Shown piece after piece: positions 30,721 to 43,099 of a stretch of 64,000 nucleotides of DNA; positions within the stretch are counted from its first letter, which is position 1, and each line of letters opens with the position of its first letter. The notes under the pieces are model-generated. The model was not told where the DNA came from. It ran no database searches and saw only the letters and a list, made by a program, of their open reading frames with translations. The position numbers were made by a program, and so were the translations under genes. Source of the stretch: the human T2T-CHM13v2.0 reference genome, Homo sapiens; assembly GCF_009914755.1 (NCBI RefSeq), contig NC_060927.1, one strand, 5' to 3'.

Positions 30721-31769
30721 TCTGGGAATGTAAGCCCTGCTACCCAACCTCCTCTCCTCTAGCTTGGCTGTCAGCTGTTAGTCTTGGGATTATTCAAGGA
30801 GGAGTCAGAAGTCCACTGTGACCCCAAACAGGGGAGGACATACCTCAATAAGTCATAGCACAGCTCTGTCTAAAGGAATTCTCAAAAATTCCATTCCAAC
30901 TAGTGAACTACCAGCCCTTGTAAGTGGATTTGACAGTCTTGTCATTTTTGAGGAGGAGCCATTTTCTTTTTAAATGACAGAGGTGTTCTGCCACCTCCTT
31001 TGGAAGGTACCTGAGGGTAAACTTCTGTTTTTCATACCCTGTTACGCTTATTTCGTGTGACCTTCTGTAGGAAGGATGTTTGGTTGAATCCATAAACACG
31101 CATGGAGCTCTGTGTTCTGGGCCCCAGGGAAGCTGGAATTATCAAAGCTGGTGCCTCTATAGCTTTTGGTCTAGTAGGGAAAGGGAACACTGAACACTTT
31201 GCCTTCCTCTCAATTAACCAGCTTAGACAAGACGATCTGGCAGGAAATGATTTGAACCCGTGGCAGAGCCCAAGACCTTTACATTTCTTTCTTTTTTGAA
31301 CAGGGAAAGTGGGCACACCTCAGAAATTTTCTCAGTAACTGAAAGAGAAGTAGGATCATCAGGTTTTGAAATGAGTGTTATTTTTCTCTCTCGGAGGTCA
31401 AGAAATTAAAAGAAAGCCTTGGTGTCTTTACAGAGCAAGCACAGGGGAGTCCAAATGTTAGAAAGGAAATTGGAGGCTCTGTCCAGAGCCTCTGCCAGAC
31501 TCATGTAAGCTGAGGACTACAGAAGGAGTAAGCAAGTTTCCTCCACCAGTGCTGGAGTTTAAAAGTGGGGTAGGTGGAGGCTTGCAGGGGCTTTGACAGG
31601 CGCACAGTCTATTGTCCAGGAGAACCTGAGGGTTTGTATCCTCTATAGCATGGTGACCCTTAGCAACCATCACTATGTTGCTCTTGGTTCTCTGTTTCTG
31701 TCTGTAGCTGACTGAGCCCCTGCTTTAGGGTTTTGTGTTATGCCTCAGAATTGCAGGGGGTAGGTGGTA

Positions 31770-31985
31770 TAGGTCACTTTAGAGCCTCAACATCCTGATT
31801 TCAGTTTAGGCTCTGCCACTTCCAAGTTCTGTATTTCTGGATATGTCTGTCAGCCTCTCTAAGCCTTAGTTTCCTTGTCTGTAAAATGGGGGAAATGATG
31901 CCTACCTTTCGGGATTGTGGTCAAGATGAAATGAGCTATCATGCGGGTAAAACCCCCAGGACATGGTAGAGGCTCTGTAATTGTC
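31770..31985 (+). mobile_element. MIRb
   Basis: GGCTCTGCCACTT..CCTCTCTAAGCCTTAGTTTCCTTGTCTGTAAAATGGGG..GGATTGTGGTCAAGATGAAATGAG. Confidence 0.85.
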
Positions 31986-32204
31986 CTTTTTTACTCCCTT
32001 GCCTTGCTGTTGGAATGTTGTGGGGTTTGGAAAGGAAGGTGAGAATGACTTTCTTCCTCTCCAGAGCAGCTACAACCTGTGATCTGGGGGCAGGGAGACT
32101 CAGCTGTGAAAAAGCCAGCCTCATTTTGGTAGTTGGCAATGGTCCTAGGATGCCTGAATTCTGTGGCAGGGGAGACCTGCAGGGCTCATGCTGCAATGCC
32201 CCAG

Positions 32205-32312
32205 GTTGAACAAATGGGGTAAAGGAGACCAAGAGAGCTGAAATGACTTGCCCAGGACCACAAAGCCAGTGAGTGGCAGAGCTGGGGTCAACGCTTTGTT
32301 CTGTGTCCCTGC
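32205..32312 (-). mobile_element. MIR
   Basis: AAATGACTTGCCCAGGACCACAAAGCCAGTGAGTGGCAGAGCTGGG. Confidence 0.75.
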
Positions 32313-32464
32313 ATTGGCCCGCCACCATGTCTTAGGAGAGCAGAGCACGTGCTTGTAAAGTAACTCCTGGCTCCAGGGTGCACAGTTGGACCTCAGTCTT
32401 TACCCCATAAATTCTTCTGTTACATGGGGAGCAGTGGTCAATTTCCAAACCAGGTAGATCGGCA

Positions 32465-32690
32465 TGTTTCTCACTCCAGGAAGGTTTCCTGACCTCCTAA
32501 CATCAAGGCAGGTGGCCCTGCTGGTTTCTCCTGGGATTCCTGTGCCCAATTTGTATGTTTATTTTTGTACTCCCTGCCCTAGACTATGAAGACATGATCT
32601 AGACTTTCTTGTTCCTCGTTGTGTGTCTAGGGCCTTCTGTATGCTCTAGGACTGAGTAGACCTCAATAACTGTGTGTATGGGTGAATGAC
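32465..32690 (+). mobile_element. L2 3' end
   Basis: CTCCAGGAAGGTTTCCTGACC..CTAGACTATGAAG..GTAGACCTCAATAAC..GGTGAATGA. Confidence 0.6.
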
Positions 32691-33830
32691 TAGGCCAGTT
32701 GGGTCCATTCTGCTGTTGCTTCCCCTCAGACATTTTAGGCCCCAGTTTGAGTGTGAGTCTACCAGCAACTGCCTTCATCAGGAATGACTTCCTAGCCTCC
32801 TCGGGAAGCACCAGCCTGGGCATTGATGACAGGAACTCTAATGGTTTTTGGCCTAAGCTAGTAAAGACACATAGCATTGCTCACCTGGCTTCTTTCTACC
32901 TCTGAAACTTGGAGAATGACTTGAGTAGACGTAAAATGTACTCACCAAGACAGATGTTCAATATCTAGAATTGCAAGCCTACCAGAAGCTCTCCAAGTGC
33001 TGGGTAGTGTCCCTCACTGGGCTGCTTCACATGGGCCTATCCACCCTGATCACTTAGCACCCTGCCAGTGAATACCCACTGTCTGTTGGCTTGGTGGCTT
33101 TACCTCTGTGTAGGAAGGGGGATGAGCTAGCTGCTCAGAGCTCAGTCAGCCTCAGCTTTCTCAGACCTGGGGGAGGGTCTCAGGGGAATGGTGACTCACT
33201 TAGAACAGGCTTCATTGCACAGAATGCCCTGTCCTGTGTTAAGCACAGCAGGAAGCTTTAACTAGATCATTGCATCTTCCCCCAGGAGGCAGCTAGCAAA
33301 GGTGGGAGGTGCGTAACATGGATGGGCTGCAGTGATTCTATAGAAATGGCAAGGAGAGACAGCTCTGAGATGGATTATGAGGGGAAAAATCCTCAGGGTT
33401 CACTGGACTTGTTGGGGGTTGGAGTAAGCATTGAGGAGGGCAGAGGAGAGAGAGGAATAAGATGAAACTCTGGGGAGGAACAGAGAGGCAGAGATGTAGT
33501 GATTAAAGTCTAATTGTTTCATGGCTTTTTCTTAAAACCACATTTTATTTGAAACTCACAAACTTCTGCTTCAAATTGTTTCATTGGTTATATTTGTCCT
33601 TGCTGCAAAATTTTGCAAATGAGACTAAATTCTCTGTAATGATATTTCTTTGTTGCTGTGATCATGCTTTTACTCAGCATAACAAATAGGCAGCTTGTTC
33701 AGAGTGAGGGTGGCTGCTGGGCTTCTAAAAACCTGGGAAATTCAAGAAGGAGAGTACATGACTTCAGCAAAACCTTATCACTGCACAGGTGGGGGCAACA
33801 CTTGCTTCTTAGTCCAAGATCCTTTTTCTT

Positions 33831-33930
33831 TCCCTCCCTCCCTCCCTCCCTCCCTCCCTCCCTCCCTTCCTTCCTTCTTCTTTCCTTCATTATTCCCTCC
33901 CTCTTTCTCTCTCTCCCTTCCTCCTTTCCT
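33831..33930. repeat. (TCCC)n / CT-rich low-complexity tract
   Basis: TCCCTCCCTC.. followed by TTCC and CT repeats. Confidence 0.9.
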
Positions 33931-34230
33931 TATTCATTCATCAGACATTTATTGAGCATCTACTATGCACCAGCTGGGATACAGCAATACATAAGACAAA
34001 TATAGTTCATATCCATCTAGCATAGATATGGTAGGAGCTGAGTCATTGCATTCATTTATTTGTTCAATAAACATTCATAGAATACCTAATATTTGCTTAT
34101 CTCTGTTCTAGGTATCAGGAATGCAGGGATGAACAAGAGAGAACAACAAATTCCCTTTGCTTTTGTGCAGGTTATAATCTGGGTGGGATGAGATGTTAAG
34201 CAAGGAGGTTCATAAAATAAAAATATAATG
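33931..34230 (-). mobile_element. Two L2 3' tails
   Basis: TCATTCATCAGACATTTATTGAGCATCTACTATGCACCAG; TTCAATAAACATTCATAGAATACC..TGTTCTAGGTATCAGGAATGCAG. Confidence 0.7.
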
Positions 34231-35048
34231 ACACAGTTTGAAGTTTGCATATTGGTCCAATCCACATGGGTATCTTTCCTTCATTGGCTCAAGTTTCATG
34301 AATATGTTCATCCTGCAGCTATGGAAATGCACTCAAGAGGGGGTGGCTTCCTGGAAGGGAACATAAAATCTCAAGTTAATGTCTTACTCCCGTTCTGGTC
34401 ATTCTTCCTTATCACAAAGAAGACTCAAGGGATTAGTGAGGCCCTTCAAAACTGTGTTGTGGGAAAACCAAAACCAGCGGTGCAAATAGTGAATTGCAGC
34501 CTCAGTTGGGACTCTTATTCTCATTGATTGAAGTGGTTTTATTATATTCCCAGTAGCTCCAGTCCTAACCTAGAAACCTAAGCCCTATACCTGCTGGGAC
34601 AGGGTTCTGACATTTTATGGCAGAGGTAAGGTAGAAAGAGCCATATACATGATTGGTTTTACAATAATATTTCTGTAGCAAAATGATTTAAATACAAGAG
34701 GCGAACACCCAGCTCTCTTCCCAAACACCCTGTAGTAAGAAATAGAAGGCCTCTAAGACCTCATTCTCATGTCTACCCCTCACAGTGTTATCACACCAGA
34801 CAGAGCAAGCATAGAAGCCCCAAAGACACTGACTACTTTCTGTCTACAGGTTTTTAGACAAACCACTTCTTCTCTCTTCCCCTATAAATAATGCTGATGT
34901 CACAGGGTTTTATGAGCATTTAATGACACATGCCTCATAAAAAGTATTTTATAATCAGTAAAGCACTGAATTTATTGCTGTTATTGGGTTATAGCAGTAA
35001 TGTGGTCCTTGGTTCTCACTTTTGCAAATACAGAACCCTTAGGGGATT

Positions 35049-35855
35049 TGTGGCAGATTAGTTTTTCCAAAAATGGCCACAATAGCATCCTCCATCTCAC
35101 GTGTGCATCATCCTTTTTTCTTTTTTTTTGAGACAGAGTCTTGCTCTGTCGCCCAGGCTGGAGTGCAGTGGCGTGATCTTGGCTCACTGCAAGCTCCCTC
35201 CCGGGTTCATGCCATTCTCCTGCCTCAGCCTCCTGAGTAGCTGGGACCACAGGTGCCCGCCACCATGCCCGGCTAATTTTTTGTATTTTTAGTAGAGATG
35301 GGGTTTCACCATGTTAGCCAGGATGGTCTTGATCTCCTGACCTTGTGATCCGCCTGCCTCGGCCTCCCAAAGTGCTGGGATTACAGGCGTGAGCCACCGT
35401 GCCCGGCCTTCACGTGTGCATCTTCAATATGACCTTGCCATGCCTTTCTCAAGAGATAATTTTCTTCATCTCCTTGACGCTGAGTTGACTCCAGACTGCT
35501 TTGACCAATAGCACAGTGACCCTGTGCCAGTTCTGGGGTGTAGCCCTTAGCCAGCCTGGTAATTTCTGCTTTCTGCCTCTTGGAGCCAGCTGCCATATAA
35601 GAAAGAAGTATGACTATCCTGAGACCACCAGATGATATGCCATGTGGAGGGAAAGAAAGGCCAAGGAGCAAAAAGGTATACTAAACATGAGTGAAGAAGC
35701 CATCTTGGAAGTGGATTTTCCAGCCCTGGCTTCCCAGATTCCCAGTTGAAATCTGGAAATCCCAACCCACTGAATTGTGGAAAAATAAAATAAATGTTGT
35801 GTGAACACACTAAGTTTTGAGGCTACTTGGTTACCCAGCAATAGAAAACGAAATA
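35049..35855 (+). mobile_element. MLT1G/H-type solo LTR, split by AluY
   Basis: TGTGGCAGATTA..AAAAATGGCCACAA..CTGCTTTGACCAATAG..CATGAGTGAAGAAGCCATCTTGGAAGTGGAT..CACTAAGTTTTGAGG..TTACCCAGCAATAG. Confidence 0.8.
35114..35408 (-). mobile_element. AluY
   Basis: GCAAGCTCC, GCCATTCTCC, TTAGCCAGGATGGTCT; TSD TCACGTGTGCATC (35097-35109, 35410-35422). Confidence 0.95.
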
Positions 35856-36329
35856 GTTACTTTTTTCCTCTTCTGGGTTTTGTATATCTTTTTCCCAAGG
35901 ACTTGCTAATTGTATTGAATTGCGAAAAGCCACAGACTTTTCCAGCCCAGGAGGTCTGGTGTTCAAACCTTGACTCAGTCATCTTTTAGCTGTGTGTTCA
36001 CATAACACTTTGAACTTCATTCAGCTTTTAAATCTATTATAGGGCCTTATAAGGCCTCCTAAAGATGCGGGGAGGCCACAATGAGCCAGTCCATTGAAAG
36101 TGCTTTGTAGCATTGTTTGGTCCTAAGTATGCTGTCAGGCATATGTTGTCAATCAAAAGAACCCACTGAAGCTCTGTGAGACACCTGCTGGTCAGTTCCA
36201 CATCCCTGGTGAGGCTAGTTCCCTTTGGCATTTGTGTTTGATACATTCTGGGTCTACTTTTGAGATGGGACAGGGCAAAGCCTGCGTGGGACTGCATAGT
36301 GTGGAGGCTTCAGCTACAGCTCAGGAGTG

Positions 36330-36510
36330 CTGAGTACTTAGTGCATGTGCCAGGCCTGTCTGTAATTTCTAGACTACTTCTTTAATAGCAAACTCTTAAT
36401 ACTTCTATTTCACAGATGAGAAAACTGAGACTCAGAGAAGCTGATGTGGCTATACTAGTAATGACAGAACCAGGACAAGAAGTCAGATTCCTAGTCACCA
36501 AGTCCAGTAA
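36330..36510 (-). mobile_element. MIR
   Basis: ATTTCACAGATGAGAAAACTGAGACTCAGAGAAG..CTAGTAATGACAGAACCAGGA. Confidence 0.7.
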
Positions 36511-37245
36511 GATTTGGGGCAATCACTTAGAATTTTTGACTTCAGCATAAGGTAAAGAAGATAAGAAAGTATCCAAGAGGCATACAATTTTAATCTGAAA
36601 GCATTGCAATATGATGACTCCTTAAACAACATAAGAAATTTGGAGTTCCTTTAAAGCTGCAAACACCAGAAGTTTACTCCTTCCAACTCATCATTCTTGG
36701 CAAAGTAGGCATAAATGGCACCTTATTCCTTCCATTTCCAGTTGGAGGTTCTTCTGTTTTGAGCATGTGTATTCCTCTTTTCTGGAAGTTTTTCTTGACA
36801 GAAGCAGAGAGGTTTTTGACAAACAACTTTAATATTCTTTGTGTCTGTGTGGCTGGCTCTAATAATCCTGCAAGCTTACAGGGTCACTGTTAAGATTAAA
36901 TCTGAGTCATCGGAGGCAGATGTTGACACATCATTATTTAAATCCTGAGCTGCTGAAGGACTCTCATCCCCATGAGCTATGATTCACTGTCCAAACAAAC
37001 ACCCCAAATTCCACATAGCTTGCTGAGCAGGGACTCTGGACTCCATTAGGGGAAAAAGTTTGCCTTGCTTTGTGTGGTGAGAAAGCACTACTTTCTGTTG
37101 CAGAGGAAGCGTGGCCTACAGGGAGAAAGAGTGTTTCAGAAGACCTAGGCTCCTGTCTCATCTCTTGCTCTGGGCTTTCTTTTATTACCTGCTCTTCATA
37201 AACTTTCCCGTAATTTACACTTGCATGTTTACTTATATGTTATTG

Positions 37246-38015
37246 TTTTTTATTTTTTATTGAAGTATAATTTTTAAAGTAAAATGTGTTAAGTGTCCAG
37301 CTTGATGAAATTTTACAAATGTATACTCTAAGTCAGCACCATGCATATGACAACATGGAACATTTTCACCACCCCAGAAGATTCCCTTGTGCACCTTCCC
37401 GATCAATAACCCTTCAAGGTAACTGCTGTTCTGACTTGTGATGCCATGGATCAGTTTCCTCAGTTCTAGAATTTCATGTAGAAGTCAAATGGCACATACT
37501 CTTTTGTATCTGGCTCTTTTGCTCAGAAAAATACCTGTGACATTTATATGTGGTGTTGTGGATATCAGTGATTTGTTCCTTTTTATTGCTGAGTATTATC
37601 CCATTGTATGACTAGACCAAAATTTGTTTATTCATTCTCCTGTCAATGGATACCTGGTTTGTTTTCAAACTTTGGCTATTATGAATAAAGCTGCTGTACC
37701 TATTCTTGTATACATATTTTGTAGACATATGTTTTCATTTCTTTTGAGTAAATACCTAGAAATAGGATTGCTAAGTCATAGAATAGGCTGGTGTATGTTC
37801 GACTTTATCAGAAACCATCAAATAGTTCTTTCTAACACTTAATGTTTTCAGTCTTTTAAAATCTTAGCCCTTCTTGAGGGTGTCTACTAGTATCTCAATT
37901 TAACTTTCATTTTTTCTGATGAATATTGATGCTGAGCACTTGTACTTATGCTTATTGACCATTTATATATCTTTTATTTCTGTGAAGTATCTGTGTAAAT
38001 ATTTTGCCCATTAAA
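37246..38015 (-). mobile_element. L1ME/L1MD 3' end
   Basis: TTTATTGAAGTATAA..CAGCTTGATGAAATTTTACAAA..CACCCCAGAAGATTCCCTTGTG..TTTGGCTATTATGAATAAAGCTGCT. Confidence 0.88.
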
Positions 38016-38237
38016 ATAGATTTTAATGGTAGAATGCATTAATAAAAATACTAGTCAAGGAATGGATTGCAGAACGAAGACAGAAAACTTGCAAGAGAGA
38101 GCCCTCAAGGGCAGCAGTAAAAACAATGGATACAGTTGTCCCCTTCTATCCTGTTTCCAACCCGTAATTGAGTGGAAGGCTTGAAGGATGCCATCGCTTG
38201 GCTTATTTAGAACAAAGAGATGCAAGTGGTAGGGATT

Positions 38238-38241
<4 letters not shown>

Positions 38242-38280
<39 letters not shown>
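38242..38280. repeat. (CA)~19 microsatellite
   Basis: Uninterrupted CA run. Confidence 0.97.
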
Positions 38281-38281
<1 letters not shown>

Positions 38282-38950
38282 CATTGTGGAAGGAAGATGA
38301 GCTTAAAGGTCAGAAAATCTGTGTTCCAATCCTAGGAGCTCAGGAAATATTAAGAAAAGATGTCATTATCACACACTACTAACACCACTGGTGCAGAAAT
38401 AAAATAGCGTTTATTGGGGGAAAATTCTTAAGTAGCAGAGTACAAGCAATTCTCTGAACTCTCATATTCCTATAGTTTGGGCCAGGTCTAGGGATGTGCA
38501 GCCCTGTGACCAAATTTCCAGAAAAGAGGAGATCCACCTCCATCAGGCTCCTTGTATTTATAGGTTTGGGGCAGGAAGAATATCTATGCAGCTACACAGC
38601 AATGGAGGCTTCTTGGTATCCTCAGGAAGAAGGAGCCTTGGAGCCCAGCAATTGGGTTGTTATCCACCTACACTTTTGTTGAGATAACTCAGACCTGTTG
38701 ACCTTGCTGTTTGCTAAGTCACTAAAAATGGGAGACAAAACAAACTTTCAGAACTGTCTGGATTTGTCATTCAACAGGAGAGTTTTAATCCATGTAATCT
38801 CTCTGAGTCTCTGTTTTACCACGGATAAGATGGGGATAATACTATCTAGCATCTTGAAGAACTATTTGAGGATTAGAAGTAATCATGTAAAACACCAAGC
38901 ACATTGCCTATGATCAAGTAAGAGCCTAACAAATACCAGTTTTCTTTATT
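38281..38950 (+). mobile_element. MIR split into 38281-38340 and ~38795-38950
   Basis: 5' part GGTCAGAAAATCTGTGTTCCAATCC; 3' part CTCTCTGAGTCTCTGTTTT..AAGATGGGGATAATA..GAGGATTAGAAG. Confidence 0.6.
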
Positions 38951-39869
38951 TCAAGGAGAGAAAATTAAAATACTTGTTATCAATGTGAAAATTTTACACA
39001 TATGGGAAATTTGGCTGGTTAGCTGACGCCAGCTCTATGCATGGCAGAGGCGTTTGCTCTCACTTGACATCACACTTCTCTATCTAAAACCTGGAAGGAG
39101 GCTTTTATGATAATGGCCTCTGGGGATTATAATGAGCGTGTGGCAAGGGCACATTTTCCTTATTTGCTGTGCCGCATTCATGTATTTGAGACTTTCGAGG
39201 TATAGTTGCTGGATGTTGGGGGAAGTAGCAATTGGATTGAAGCTGTATATTCCAGCACCGAAACAGTGGACTTTTGGATGGCCTAATTTGTGGAGGTGTA
39301 CATTATGAAATGCCAGATTTTCATAATGGAAACATAAGAATATTAGAAAAAAATCAAGCTTTCCATGTATAATTCTCTTAATAAAATCTCTTGATTGTTT
39401 ATTAAGGGATGTGGGTTGCTATGGTGACATAAAGGAGCAGAATTTGAAGAGGATTGAAATAGACATTCTAATAGGGACAGGCGTAGATTATATACACTTA
39501 GAGAAAACATAGATTTTTAGAAACAGGCTTGAGATATTGTGTAGAGTGTTCTGTGGTATCAAGAAAACTTCCTGAGTTTCTGTGTCAGACCATCCTATTT
39601 TTTATAGGTTGCCCATTTAATCCCTTATTGCAATTTATTTCTCGGCTATAGTTGAGTTTGTTTATGTGTTCATTCATTCATTCATCAACAAATGGATTTT
39701 AATAGCACATATCTGCCCATTCTGAGGGGCATTCAAATATGTAAACATTTGGTCTCTTAGAGTGATTTCAGGAGAGCAGCAGCACATCCCTGTCACTGGC
39801 TGACTTTCCTCACTGAATTAGTCTGCCTTCAATCACTGTATTCAGTGACTTCAATACTGGGGAAATTTA

Positions 39870-40516
39870 ATATAAAGAATTATTAAGCTATGATAAGATA
39901 GTGTATCCAAAGATGGAAAAAGAACACCAAAACATACCCAGGGAAAGACAAGTGTGAAGGTTAGTATTCAGATCTCATAGAAGAAGATCTTCAATTGCAG
40001 GGTCCTGGATAATGACGTTTGCTTGGTTGCAGTGGCCAGAGCTAGTCTACATAACTGGGCAAACAGCAACAACCTTAGGCGGCACAGGTAAGCTGAGGTT
40101 GGGAGGTGTGCAGCAGGGCTTCGTGGGGATGCCACTACAGGAACAAGGCCCAGACTATGCAGTGACTGACTGGAGGGCTGCAGCAAAGTGGTTACTGAGC
40201 CTGGGCCAAGGCTGCAAGATTTCTGGAGAAGCCTGCTTTGGGTGCGCAGCTGGGGCAGAGCACCCCCGGACAATGTCCCCATCCACATGTTCTGCTGACA
40301 GAACATGCAGCTGAAGCTAGAAAAAGCAAAACAGCAAGCGGAATCAAAAAGAGAAGCCCCTTCCTTCTGCAATGTCCTGCCATCGCCCTCTACTGACAAA
40401 CCTTGACATTGTGCTTACCATAAAGGAGAAATGCTGCGAGTCCAGTTCATTATGGCAGAGCAGGCATTGAAGGGTGAGTTTGGAGCTTCAAAGCAATACA
40501 TCAATAAGTGGCCAAC
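39870..40516 (-). mobile_element. LTR41-family ERVL solo LTR
   Basis: CGCCCTCTACTGACAAACCTTGACATTGTGC..AAAGGAGAAATG..GCAGAGCAGGCATTGAAGGGTGAGTTTGGAGC..GCAATACATCAATAAGTGGC is the reverse of the recalled LTR41 5' end; left boundary uncertain. Confidence 0.7.
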
Positions 40517-40924
40517 TGTCTTGGTTGTGGTTTATCTTGTGAAATTATTGTAACATATTTGAATTCCATTCCCGTCCCCAAAGAGGCTTCATTGACTGGG
40601 AAGCTAGGAGGTGGTTCAAGGGGGTTCTAAGAGCAAACTCTTTAGACAGGATGACACCCTGTGGCTCTGCCCAGGAGGAAGGCCTGGAATGCAAGCCTAG
40701 GTTGGTAGCAGTCATTTGAACTCAGTGTTTTCCTGCTGAAAGGTAGTTTATATTCATTTGGTTTACAGACTTGGAATCCCAAGGACATGGGTTTGAGTCT
40801 CAGCTTGTCCACTCACCAGCTGTGAGTTCAGATACCAGTGTGTGCCTAAGGGTACTCCAGGATCCAGCTCCAAAGTTACAGACTTCCTGGTCATATCATA
40901 GCTTTAGCCAGCCATTCCCTAAAT

Positions 40925-41135
40925 CAGGAGTCAACACATTTTTCCTGGAAAGGGCCAGATAGTAAATATTTTAGGCTTTGCAGTCCATATGGTCTCTGTC
41001 GTGACTACCCAACCCCCCTCTTTGTAGCACAAAGGCATCCATCGACAATGAGCAAACGAATGAGTTTGGCTCTGTGTGGGGAGGTCCAGTATTGGACCTA
41101 ACGGCTGGGACCAGTGTGTACCTAGGGACACCCTG
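40925..41135. mobile_element. MER58A hAT-Charlie DNA transposon
   Basis: AAAGGGCCAGATAGTAAATATTTTAGGCTTTGCAGTCCATATGGTCTCTGTCG. Confidence 0.85.
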
Positions 41136-41323
41136 GCTCTTGAGCTAGACTGGCTTCTCCCTTTTCAGAGGAAATTTTGTCTCAGGTTTCATTGACCTGC
41201 CCTGTTGTGGGCCTTGGTTGGAGTCCCTGAAGACATCCTAATAAACTGCCTTATCTTTAAATCTGGAGGAGCCAGGGTTGGGGATCTTGGCTGCTTCCTC
41301 CCTAGAATGTTCCAGGCTTCTTA

Positions 41324-41402
41324 TTAGGTTGGTGCAACAGTTATTGCGGTTTTGCCATTGAAAGCAATGGCAAACACCGCAATTATTTGTGCATTAATCT
41401 AA
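41324..41402. mobile_element. Full-length MADE1 MITE
   Basis: TA|TTAGGTTGGTGCAACAGTTATTGCGGTTTTGCCATTGAAAGCAATGGCAAACACCGCAATTATTTGTGCATTAATCTAA|TA; palindromic, TA TSD. Confidence 0.93.
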
Positions 41403-42682
41403 TATTTAAACTTGGTCTTTAGGGTACAGCTCTACAAACCCAGTAAAGTGGTAGCTTTTGCTAAGTTGCTAAAAAGCAAGGTGTTATTAGCCCCCGCAAA
41501 GGGGGCTGTGGGACAAAGAAGATCCACTTCCCTGTTTAAGCAGTAGCATGACCATACAGCCTCAACCATACCTGGCCTTATGGCTGCCATAGCTACCAAA
41601 GGTAAAAAGTTGTCACTGTAGGCAAAGGATCATCTGTTGTTGTCACCTGTGCATTTTCTTGGCCCAGAGAGGACGCCATACGTACTCCAGGAAATAAAAG
41701 GAAATTTACATTTTAAGGTATTTCACATTTTAAGGAAAGACAGGAGCCAATAAAATGAAACATTAAACGAATCACCTAGTGGGCAGAGAGGGGGTGAAGC
41801 TTCCCAGGCAGACATGTGCCAGCATGCCTCAGTTCTGGGCTGGTTTGTGAGCTTGGTAGCTGGTCACTCACCTCACCAGCTCATATGACAAGGTAGCCAA
41901 AGCATCCTTGCCTTTTCCTGTGCCTTTTTTTTTTGGTTCTATTTAAATTCTGGGGCAGAAGGGTTGATGCCAAGATATTTATGCCCTTTTGATAACTGCT
42001 GCTTAAGCTGCTTCTTGACAGACAAATTCTAATTAAACACGTATAATAAGTTGCAGAAACACAACAGCTCTCAGCGCTTTTCCTGTGGCATGTCACATCT
42101 GAAAAAGCCACATCCTGTGACTTGCAGATACATTTTTAGGAACTGCCTCTGTAAAGTTGCTTTGGCTGTTTCTCCAGAGATGTTGGTTAGGTTAACACCT
42201 CCTCCTTTTTTTTTTTTTTTTTTTTTTTGGGAAAAGCTATTTTTAGGCAGCAAATTAATTGTAGGGCAGTTCAGGTCAAAGAGATTTGTATTTTTATACG
42301 GTAAATTTTGTCCTTGTCTTAGGAATGTTACAACAGCCAATTAAGTGGCTGAGTTGGGATTTGAACCCTGGTCTTTCTGGCACCATACACTACAGGAAAT
42401 AAAGGAAAATGGAAAGCAACAAAAACAACAACGTAATCTGGTGCTTCGTTTTGGATATAAGATGTAACTTGGATTTGAGGAATGGAGGGTAATTACAGTG
42501 GTCATATCCAGTAAACTATCAGAAATGTGGGCCTGGAACTTGGGTGGCAAGTGCAGAGCAGAGATTTCATTGTGAAAGTCTTCAGTTTTGGGCTTCATTC
42601 ATTCATCCAATACCCTTTGTTTAACCTAATTAAATGACATTTTTACAGGTTGTAGTGGAAGAAGCATTAAAGTGGAATCCCT

Positions 42683-42835
42683 CACTCCCTCCTTCCCCTT
42701 CCTCCCTTCCTCTCTTCCTCCCTTCCTCCTTTCCTCCCTTCCCTTCCCTTCCCTTCCTTTCCCTTCCCTTCCCTTCCCTTCCCTTCCCTTCCCTTCCCTT
42801 CCCTTCCCTTCCCTTCCTTCCTTTCCTTCCTTCCA
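42683..42835. repeat. (CCCTT)n polypyrimidine microsatellite
   Basis: Long tandem TTCCC array abutting the tail side of an Alu monomer. Confidence 0.95.
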
Positions 42836-42842
42836 TTTTCTT

Positions 42843-42974
42843 ACCCAGGCTGGAGTGCAGTGGCATGAATGATCACAGCTGATTTCATCCTTGAACTCCT
42901 GGGCTCAAGCAATCCTCCTGCCTTAGACTCCCAAGTAGCTGGGACTACAGGTACACACCACCATGCCTGGCTAA
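42843..42974 (-). mobile_element. AluJ right arm / FLAM monomer
   Basis: CCCAGGCTGGAGTGCAGTGG..AACTCCTGGGCTCAAGCAATCCTCCTGCC..GCCTGGCTAA. Confidence 0.88.
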
Positions 42975-43099
42975 GCTAAGCTTTCTATACTGAGTTTTGC
43001 CTTTACACTTGCTGTGTGCCTTTGGGCAAGTCATTTAACGTGTCTGACTCTGGAAAGACTGTGAATTTGGAGGGAGTGGTAGGCATTTAGGCTAACCTG

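Noticed and set aside
30169-30747. 192-aa ORF
   Set aside because: Overlaps an old ERVL LTR; no recognisable domain
42630-42882. Repetitive GKGRE / PFPSL ORFs
   Set aside because: Translations of the (CCCTT)n microsatellite
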